DNA from: Thermodesulfobacteriota bacterium
GTDB taxonomy: Bacteria > Desulfobacterota_D > UBA1144 > Nemesobacterales > Mycalebacteriaceae
Direction of reading: 5' to 3'
Length of the DNA stretch: 64,000 bases
Assembly: GCA_965226585.1 (NCBI GenBank)
Contig: OZ245366.1
Location: 1,230,549 to 1,294,548, forward strand
The notes beneath the pieces are model-generated. The model ran no database searches. It was not told the DNA's origin and saw nothing but the letters and a program-made list of their open reading frames with translations. Positions 20,058 through 27,712 of the stretch are shown here, one piece after another (position 1 is the first letter of the stretch; every line of letters starts with the position of its first letter). Position numbers and translations under genes: made by a program.

Positions 20058-23000
20058 ATGTCTAAAACCGCAACCACTCTTATTCTGCTTTCTCTCTTAC
20101 TCGCGCTTGCCGCGCCGCCCTCTTATGCACAAACAGCAACAACCGTTGTAGTCAACGGCTCTGAAGAGCGGACGGAAGACGACGGAAGCAACACAATAGT
20201 GGCGGAAACGGTCAACATTGTGAACGAAGGAAAAGTGTGGGCAAGCGGAGAGAATAGTTCGGCGATTGCTTCGGGAAATTCGGGAAACGTTACTATTATT
20301 TCAGGAGACGGAACGGGAGAGGTTTGGACAACCATTAGCGGCGTTTCAACAGTGAATGCGACAGGAACGGCGGAAATCAAAAACCTGAAAGTGTGGGCTA
20401 ACGGTCGCTCAAGCAATGCGGCTAAGGCGGCAACGGCAATAATCAACGGAGCACAAGTTTGGACGAACGGAAACTTTTCAAGAGCCGTGTTTGCGACCAC
20501 GGCGATTGTTCACGGCGCGGACGTTTGGGCTGACGACAGCATTGGAGGCATCGCTATTTACACACCGCTCGGAACAGCAACCGTAAGTAACAACTCGCAG
20601 GTTTGGGCTAACGGCGTTGGAGGCATGGCTATTTTCACACCGGGCGGAACAGTAACCGTAAGTAACAACTCACAGGTTTGGGCTGACGACATTGGAGGCA
20701 TCACCATTTACGCACTGGGCGGGACAGTAAATGTAAGCAACTCGCGGGTTTGGGCTGACGACACTGGAGGCATGGCTATTTTTACAACGGTCGGGACAGC
20801 AACCGTAAGTAACAACTCACAGGTTTGGGCTAACGGCGGTGAAGGCAGAGCCATTTACGCACCGGGTGGAACAGCAAATGTAAGCAACTCGCGGGTTTGG
20901 GCTAATGGATTTGGAAGCACCGCCATTATTGCGAATAACGTAGAGATTGAAGGTTCTGATGTTTGGACGGAAGAAGATTCCTCCGTTGTTACAATCAGCT
21001 CGGGAATTTCAAGCGTGAACAGTTCAAACCTTACTGCTTATAAGGACGGAAAGGTTTTTGCTCTGGACGCAAGCGAGGGCGACATTGAACTCAACCTTCA
21101 CAACTCAACAATCGGGTTTAATGGCGCAGGCGGAGAGTTTTTTAAGATTATTGACACAGAAGACAGCGGAACAGTAAACATTCAATCCCGCAACTCATCT
21201 TTCTGGATGGGAAAAGAGAACGCGGCTGTTTTCTCAACCATAGTAGAGGCGAACGGAACGGTAACAGACCGGATTGGTGAATTTGAACTGACAGACAGCA
21301 TTGAAATTTCCGATATGAACAGAGTATGGACAAAAGGCAAAAACGGCGCCGCCTTCTCTCTTGACTACCAAGGGATGAATGATGTGAAAATCAGCGAATA
21401 CTTCAACGCTCAACAGGCATGGACGGAAGGGGATAACAGCAACACAATCCGCATAAATACGGGAACCGGAGATGTCTCATTCGCCACCACCAGCAAGATA
21501 TGGGCAAACGGCGCGAACAGTTCGGTGATAAGTGCGGAAACCGGCGGCGGAGATGCGAACATTGAAATAGGAGCAGACCATAGTGTCTGGACAAGCGGCG
21601 TGAATTCTGTGGCAGTTAAGGCAAAAGCAACCGGAGCGGGAAACGCAAGCGTCTACACCCGTGCGGGCGCAAGGATTTTCACAAATGCGGCGGATAGTGT
21701 GGCGGTTTTTATTCGGGCAGGCGGTTCGGCTGGAAGCAGTGGAGTAGAGTTAAACATTGGAAATGGCTCGGTTGTGTGCGGTGGTGTGTTTTCAGATTCA
21801 AGTGACTGCACACAGGGAGCAAATTCTTACGCCGTGCAGTTTGAGTCTGAGGAAGGAGATACAAAAATAGTAATCGGCGCGGGCGGCTCTATAGCGGGAG
21901 TGGTGTTGCTTTCAGAAAAACGCGATTTTATCTACAACAACGGTTCTTTCACGGGTTCGGGAACAACCGGAGACGGTGATGATACGGTTGAAAACAAGGG
22001 AACTTTCACCCTCACCGGAGATTTTGACATGGGAGACGGTGAAGACATTTTCCAAAACAGGGGCACAATAAACGGCACGGGTATGGTCATATACGGTGAC
22101 GATGACGAAGTTGGTGGGCTTTCTACGCCCGCCCGTCATTCGTCCGCGCCCTCCCGTCATTCCGCATCCTCCCCTTCCCGTCATTCCGTGCCTGACACGG
22201 AATCCAGTATTCAACTGGCTAACCAATACTGGATTCCTGCTTCCGCAGGAATGACGGAGGGGGCAGGAATGACGGGGGAGGCAGGAATGACGGGGGAGGG
22301 GTCAGCAAGCGGCGACAGCCGTTTCCGCCTTTCCGCCGCCGCGCCGGAACGGGAGCCGGAACGGGTAACCATCAACTTTGGCGATGGCGATGACCATTTC
22401 ATAAACGAAGGCACAGTAGTTCTTGGAGGCACGGGCGGCTTTAACGGCTTGGACAAAATAACCTTCGGCGTGAACTCAACCCTTGTTGTCTCGGCAGACC
22501 CTGAAGAAATGAATGACAAACCGCTCATAGATATTGAAGGCGAGATAACTGCGGAAGATATTGAGGGTTTTAGAGTCAGGGTTGATGTTCCCGGAACGCA
22601 CGTAACGGAATACACAATTTTTGAAGCGGATGACTTGCCGGACGGCGAGGAAAGGCAGGAAGTTGTGGAGCGTCTGAATGCGGAAATAGGCGAAAGGGGA
22701 AGTGTTCAGACAGATGGAGACGGCAATCTGTTTTTGACAGCAATATCGTTAAAAGACGCCAGTTTGGATATTTATGACTCTCTCATCCAATCCGCTTACC
22801 GCGCAGACAGGAGTTTTGCCACAAAACTTTCAAGCGGTTGCGGTTACGGATCTGCGGCGAGTGATGAGATAGACGGAGATTTCTGGACTGGTTGTGTGTG
22901 GGCAACATCGGGCGGAAGATACACACGTTATTCTTCAGCAATTAACTATGATGAAGATGCCTATACCTTCACCGGAGGCGTTTCAGCTCCGTTCAACAGT

Positions 23001-23723
23001 ATCCTTGTCTCGGTGGCAGGCGGTTATGAAATCTCAACCCTTGATATGGATGTGCTGACTGATGAAGGCAGGGCAGACGCAAGCGGAGAAGCGACAAGAT
23101 TTATGGGCGGTATCTTTGCCTCCACAATAGTGGACAGATACATGGTTGACGGCAGGTTTCAGTATGTTTCTACGAGTTGGGAGTCAACCCGCTCTGATGG
23201 AGATAACCGTTACTCTGCGGATACAAACGCGACAGTATTCGGCGGCGCGCTTAGCGCGGCAATGCCGTTTTTGTCCGGCAGTTTCGCGTTATTTCCCCGC
23301 ATAGAGATTGGAGCGTCTTATGTAACAGCGGGCGCGTTTGATGAGACTTCCTTAACAGACTCAGAAGAGGCAAGGGCTGATGCTTTCAAGGTAAAAGACA
23401 CAAGTGAGATATTGGTATATGTAAGTCCGTCATTTGAGGCGCGTTCACCTTTGAGTGAAACGGTAAATATGAGAATTCGCGTGGGGGCGGATATACACAT
23501 CTTGAACCCTGAAGCCGACCTTGAGGCAACTCTTGATGGCGGTAGCGTTCCCCGAAGCGGCGGGCAGGACCGGATAATGTTCAACTACGGCGCAGGTTTT
23601 GAATACACACCGTATGCTCCTCTGCGGGAATTGAGTGTAAGGATTGACTACGATGGCGGAATGAGCGCGAGTTTTGATACTTTCGTGCAAGAGTTCAGAG
23701 GCGGCGTTAATTACAGTTTTTAA
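20058..23723 (+). CDS. Autotransporter adhesin-like protein (1221 aa) with in-frame palindromic element
   Basis: Signal peptide ending PSYA-Q, VSNNSQVWA repeats, GDGDD repeats, barrel ending VNYSF. Confidence 0.9.
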   Translation: MSKTATTLILLSLLLALAAPPSYAQTATTVVVNGSEERTEDDGSNTIVAETVNIVNEGKVWASGENSSAIASGNSGNVTIISGDGTGEVWTTISGVSTVNATGTAEIKNLKVWANGRSSNAAKAATAIINGAQVWTNGNFSRAVFATTAIVHGADVWADDSIGGIAIYTPLGTATVSNNSQVWANGVGGMAIFTPGGTVTVSNNSQVWADDIGGITIYALGGTVNVSNSRVWADDTGGMAIFTTVGTATVSNNSQVWANGGEGRAIYAPGGTANVSNSRVWANGFGSTAIIANNVEIEGSDVWTEEDSSVVTISSGISSVNSSNLTAYKDGKVFALDASEGDIELNLHNSTIGFNGAGGEFFKIIDTEDSGTVNIQSRNSSFWMGKENAAVFSTIVEANGTVTDRIGEFELTDSIEISDMNRVWTKGKNGAAFSLDYQGMNDVKISEYFNAQQAWTEGDNSNTIRINTGTGDVSFATTSKIWANGANSSVISAETGGGDANIEIGADHSVWTSGVNSVAVKAKATGAGNASVYTRAGARIFTNAADSVAVFIRAGGSAGSSGVELNIGNGSVVCGGVFSDSSDCTQGANSYAVQFESEEGDTKIVIGAGGSIAGVVLLSEKRDFIYNNGSFTGSGTTGDGDDTVENKGTFTLTGDFDMGDGEDIFQNRGTINGTGMVIYGDDDEVGGLSTPARHSSAPSRHSASSPSRHSVPDTESSIQLANQYWIPASAGMTEGAGMTGEAGMTGEGSASGDSRFRLSAAAPEREPERVTINFGDGDDHFINEGTVVLGGTGGFNGLDKITFGVNSTLVVSADPEEMNDKPLIDIEGEITAEDIEGFRVRVDVPGTHVTEYTIFEADDLPDGEERQEVVERLNAEIGERGSVQTDGDGNLFLTAISLKDASLDIYDSLIQSAYRADRSFATKLSSGCGYGSAASDEIDGDFWTGCVWATSGGRYTRYSSAINYDEDAYTFTGGVSAPFNSILVSVAGGYEISTLDMDVLTDEGRADASGEATRFMGGIFASTIVDRYMVDGRFQYVSTSWESTRSDGDNRYSADTNATVFGGALSAAMPFLSGSFALFPRIEIGASYVTAGAFDETSLTDSEEARADAFKVKDTSEILVYVSPSFEARSPLSETVNMRIRVGADIHILNPEADLEATLDGGSVPRSGGQDRIMFNYGAGFEYTPYAPLRELSVRIDYDGGMSASFDTFVQEFRGGVNYSF
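20523..20910 (+). repeat. About five near-identical 66-69 bp coding repeats
   Basis: GT(A/V)(T/N)VSN(N)S(Q/R)VWA(N/D)xxxGxAI(F/Y) units with strong DNA identity. Confidence 0.85.
22134..22292. repeat. In-frame CGTC palindromic element (core 22179..22256)
   Basis: Reverse-orientation copy of the intergenic core; encodes RHSVPDTESSIQLANQYWIPASAGMT. Confidence 0.92.
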
Positions 23724-23752
23724 TACCCCTTCTGATTTGCGGAGGCAATGTT

Positions 23753-26700
23753 TTGTCTAAAAAATTATCCTGTATTATTCTGTCTACTCTCTTATTTGCA
23801 TTTTCCGCGCCGTCATCCTCTTACGCGCAACCAGCAGTCTTCGAAATCTGTGGCGACAAAAGCATCATACCCAACGCAGTCAATTTAAGATGTATCTCCA
23901 CAACCGGAAACGCAGTTATTATCCTGTACCTTCCTGGTGCCGAATTTACTGAAGACAGTGGCAACTTTAGTCTGCTCAACGCCACCGAAGCGGGTGCGGA
24001 TGCAATCTTTAACACTCACGCTATAAAGATCACAACAACCCAAACAGGCGGAGATACTATAATTATCGGCGGCGCGGGAAACGCTGCTTTCAGAGCCGAT
24101 GACGAAGCATTTACCATCAAATCTGGCGGCGGGAATGTTGTTACTATGACAGCCGGAACGGGTGATGCGAATATAGAAATTTACAATCAATCAAAAGTTC
24201 AAATTGAATCAACCGGCGGCGGGAACGGAATTGTCGCTTCAAGCGAAAGCGGAGATGTGTTTGCGGACTTCTCCAATCAAGGGAGAATCTATTCAGTTCA
24301 AGATGACGCGACCGGGTTTATCGCGACAACCAACGGCGGTGAAATCAGCGCGAATTTTGACGGTTTGTATTCAAGAATACTTATGTACCCCGTAGGCAAT
24401 CACGGTGGCTCATCAGACGCCAAAGGCGCGACACTCACATCCACAAGCGGCGATATAAGTGTTTTGCTTACAAACTCCTCGGCAATCCTCGCCCCGTCTC
24501 TGGGAGATTCCCACGGCTTGGAGGCGGTAACGGGAGGGGACGGCGACATAAACATACATTTGCAAAATGGAAACGCCTGCATAGTCGGCAGAAACGGGGT
24601 TAAAGCCACTACTGTTGACGGAGATATAAACATATACCTGTCGAACGCGCTGATTCGCGGCATAGGCACAGGCGGACGGGCTTTGAATGCAACATCTACA
24701 AACGGAGATATCACAATCACAGGCGATGGCACGGGCAATATCAACTCTGTTAGTAACGTCGTCTATCTTGACACCAGCGGCGAGGCAAACATCAGCGGTG
24801 TCAGAATCGGGACAGAAGCCGGTACGGCTGTCGAGTCAACGGGAAACCTGACTGTTTCAAACGCAGAGATTTGGGCGAACGGCAATTCTAGCGATGCGGT
24901 GAAAGCACAGACGGTACATGTATCGGGCGGAATGATCTGGACTAACGGCTTTTCTAGCGAGGCGGTGAATGCACAGACGGTGTATGTATCGGGCGGAATG
25001 ATTTGGACTAACGATTTGTTTAGCGATGCGGTGGAAGCACAGACGGTGCATGTATCGGGTGGAATGATTTGGGCGAACGGCAGCGGTGCATTGTCCTCAG
25101 AGACGGTGAATGTGTCGGACGGAATGATCTGGACAACCGGCGATGTTGATGATGCGGTGTCCTCAGATACGGTGAATGTGTCGGGCGGAATGATTTGGAC
25201 AATCGGCGATTCTAGTGATGCCGTGGACGCAGATACGGTAGTGAATGTGTCGGGCGGAATGATTTGGGCTAACGGCAGATCTAGCGAGGCGGTGAAAGCA
25301 CAGACGGTGTATGTGTCGGGTGGAATGATTTGGGCTGACGGCTCCCATGGCGCAGCGGTGAGTGCACAGACGTTAGTAAATGTGTCGGACGGAATGATTT
25401 GGGCTGACGGCTCCCGTGGCACAGCGGTGAATGCACAGACGGTAAATGTGTCGGGTGGAATAATTTGGTCTAACGGCTCGAATAGCCATGCGGTGAGTGC
25501 ACAGACGGTAAATGTGCCGGGCGGAATAATTTGGTCTAACGGCTCCGGCATATTATCCAGTGCTGTGTTTCTCAGAAACATAGAAGGTCCAGCGGAGTTG
25601 AAGGTTGGAGGAGGCGCGGTTGTGTGCGGCGGTATACTTTCGGGTTCTGTCTGCACGGCGGGTGGCTCTGACGTGCATGCCGTGCGTGCTGATGACTTTG
25701 CAACCACTGGCGGAACGATAACAACCGAAGACGGCGGCAATATAACGGGCAGAATTTTGCTTTCAAAACACAACGATGTTTTCTACAACAACGGCTCATT
25801 CACCGGACACGGAAACACCAGAGGCGGCGATGACAGGGTTGAAAACAAGGGAACCTTCACCCTGACTGGAGACTTTGAAATGGGTGAAGGCGATGACACT
25901 TTTGAAAACAAAGACAGTGGAATGGTAGTTTATGGCAACCACTCAATAATCGCAGAAACCAAGCCTGACCCACCCTCCACGCAACAATCCTCTCCTTCCC
26001 GTCATTCCGCATCTTCACCTTCCCGTCATTCCGTGCTTGACACGGAATCCAGTATTCAACTGGCTAACCAATACTGGATTCCTGCTTCCGCAGGAATGAC
26101 GGAGGGGGCAGGAATGACGGAGGGGGCAGGAATGACGGAGGGGGCGGGAATGACGGAGGGGGCAGGAAACAGCCGTTTCCGCCTATCTTCTGCAGACCCC
26201 GCCCCTGCGGACACAACCGCAACCATTAACTTCGGAGATGGCGATGACCATTTCATAAACAATGGCACAATCGTAATTCAAAACACAGGCGGATTTGCGG
26301 GGCTGGAGAAAATAACCTTCGGCGAAAACTCAACCGTAATGGTTACCGCAGACTCTACAGAAATGACAACAGACAAACCCCTCATAGAACTTGAAGGCGA
26401 GATAACTGCGGAAGATGTTAAAGACTTAAACATAAAATTAGCCAACCCTGAAAGACATTCAGACGAATTTTCTTTATTCAGTGAAACCGCCTTGCCAGAC
26501 AGCGAAGCCGAAAGGCAAGAGGTATTGAGCATGATAAGCGGCGGGCTTGGTGAAGGCAGTAGCGCGGGGATGGATTCAAACGGCAACATATTTGTTGTGC
26601 TTGCAAATTCCGTCCACTTTAACTACTTGAGAAACTATGACGCGATGATTCAATCCGCTTACCAATCGGATAGTGCCTTTTCAGAAAAACTGCGAGGCAG

Positions 26701-27529
26701 TTGCTACGGCGGAGAGGCGGAAACACAAGATTTAAGCGGCGGCTGTCTCTGGGCAGACGCAGGAAGCCGTCACACACGGCACGACACAAAGGTTAAATAC
26801 GGAGAAGATGCCTATGTATTTGCCGGAGGTTTGTCCATCCCCGCAGGGCAGTCCGCCGTGTCAATCGGCGCGGGTTATGAAACATCAGACTTTAACGCCG
26901 GAACGGACACAAACGCGGCGGGTGAGCGTTTTATGGCAGGATTATCAGTAGCAGGTGAGATTTGGAAAAGAATTATCGCAGATGCAAGAACACAGTTTGC
27001 AAAAGCGGCATGGGAATCAACATCCGCAAGGGGAGAAGATACCTACTCCGCAAAGACAAATATAACAACGTGGTCTGCCGCAATAGGGGCGGAAATGCCA
27101 TTCTTTCCCGGTGGTGTATTTATGGTGGTTCCGCGTCTTGAAGCGGGAGTAGCCCGTGTATCTGCGGATGGTTTTACAGAAACCGGAGACATGCCTCTTT
27201 CTGTTGAAGGATTATCACAAACATATTTGCGTGTAACTCCATCAGTAACGGCTTATGCTCCCGCAGGGGAAAGTGTAAATATGTGGATGACCGCCGGAGC
27301 GGATGCTCACTTAACAGACCCCAAAACAGACTTAAAAGCCGCCTTTTCCCCTGATGACCCGGTAAATACAAAAGGCGGACTTGAACGCATAAACATAAGA
27401 TACAGCGCGGGTGCAGAGGTAAGTCCGTTAAAAGGTGTAAGTGTTCGTGTGGCGTATAGCGGCGGTGTTTCCACTACCTTTGATACGCTTACGCAGACAT
27501 TTACGGCAAGGTTCGGAGTGGCGTTTTAG
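23753..27529 (+). CDS. Autotransporter adhesin-like protein (1258 aa) with in-frame palindromic element
   Basis: GGAGG 7 nt before TTG start, signal peptide ending SSYA-Q, TVxVSGGMIW repeats, barrel ending FGVAF. Confidence 0.9.
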   Translation: MSKKLSCIILSTLLFAFSAPSSSYAQPAVFEICGDKSIIPNAVNLRCISTTGNAVIILYLPGAEFTEDSGNFSLLNATEAGADAIFNTHAIKITTTQTGGDTIIIGGAGNAAFRADDEAFTIKSGGGNVVTMTAGTGDANIEIYNQSKVQIESTGGGNGIVASSESGDVFADFSNQGRIYSVQDDATGFIATTNGGEISANFDGLYSRILMYPVGNHGGSSDAKGATLTSTSGDISVLLTNSSAILAPSLGDSHGLEAVTGGDGDINIHLQNGNACIVGRNGVKATTVDGDINIYLSNALIRGIGTGGRALNATSTNGDITITGDGTGNINSVSNVVYLDTSGEANISGVRIGTEAGTAVESTGNLTVSNAEIWANGNSSDAVKAQTVHVSGGMIWTNGFSSEAVNAQTVYVSGGMIWTNDLFSDAVEAQTVHVSGGMIWANGSGALSSETVNVSDGMIWTTGDVDDAVSSDTVNVSGGMIWTIGDSSDAVDADTVVNVSGGMIWANGRSSEAVKAQTVYVSGGMIWADGSHGAAVSAQTLVNVSDGMIWADGSRGTAVNAQTVNVSGGIIWSNGSNSHAVSAQTVNVPGGIIWSNGSGILSSAVFLRNIEGPAELKVGGGAVVCGGILSGSVCTAGGSDVHAVRADDFATTGGTITTEDGGNITGRILLSKHNDVFYNNGSFTGHGNTRGGDDRVENKGTFTLTGDFEMGEGDDTFENKDSGMVVYGNHSIIAETKPDPPSTQQSSPSRHSASSPSRHSVLDTESSIQLANQYWIPASAGMTEGAGMTEGAGMTEGAGMTEGAGNSRFRLSSADPAPADTTATINFGDGDDHFINNGTIVIQNTGGFAGLEKITFGENSTVMVTADSTEMTTDKPLIELEGEITAEDVKDLNIKLANPERHSDEFSLFSETALPDSEAERQEVLSMISGGLGEGSSAGMDSNGNIFVVLANSVHFNYLRNYDAMIQSAYQSDSAFSEKLRGSCYGGEAETQDLSGGCLWADAGSRHTRHDTKVKYGEDAYVFAGGLSIPAGQSAVSIGAGYETSDFNAGTDTNAAGERFMAGLSVAGEIWKRIIADARTQFAKAAWESTSARGEDTYSAKTNITTWSAAIGAEMPFFPGGVFMVVPRLEAGVARVSADGFTETGDMPLSVEGLSQTYLRVTPSVTAYAPAGESVNMWMTAGADAHLTDPKTDLKAAFSPDDPVNTKGGLERINIRYSAGAEVSPLKGVSVRVAYSGGVSTTFDTLTQTFTARFGVAF
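24868..25550 (+). repeat. About 10-11 tandem 60-69 bp coding repeats (AQTVxVSGGMIWxxGxxSxAV)
   Basis: Repeated GGAAT(G/A)AT(C/T)TGG and CAGACGGT DNA anchors. Confidence 0.9.
26000..26168. repeat. In-frame CGTC palindromic element (core 26024..26101) plus 18-bp satellite
   Basis: Encodes RHSVLDTESSIQLANQYWIPASAGMTEG followed by three more AGMTEG units. Confidence 0.92.
26170..27529 (+). repeat. ~1.36-kb near-identical direct repeat, partner at 29281..30646
   Basis: C-terminal ~450 aa of two adjacent autotransporters differ by about a dozen residues and one 6-nt indel. Confidence 0.95.
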
Positions 27530-27549
27530 AGACGCGGACGCGCCCACTC

Positions 27550-27593
27550 CGTCATTCCGTGCCTGACACGGAATCCAGTATTCAACTGGCTAA
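27550..27593. repeat. Half copy of the CGTC palindromic element
   Basis: CGTCATTCCGTGCCTGACACGGAATCCAGTATTCAACTGGCTAA; second arm missing. Confidence 0.85.
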
Positions 27594-27712
27594 TTTCATA
27601 TATATTAAAAAAACAAACAAATGTCATTGCCACAAAAAATATTTTTTTTCTCTCGTTTTTCCTCACCGCTGTAACGCTTACGGCAATTGCACCTGTTCCC
27701 GCTTATTCGCAA

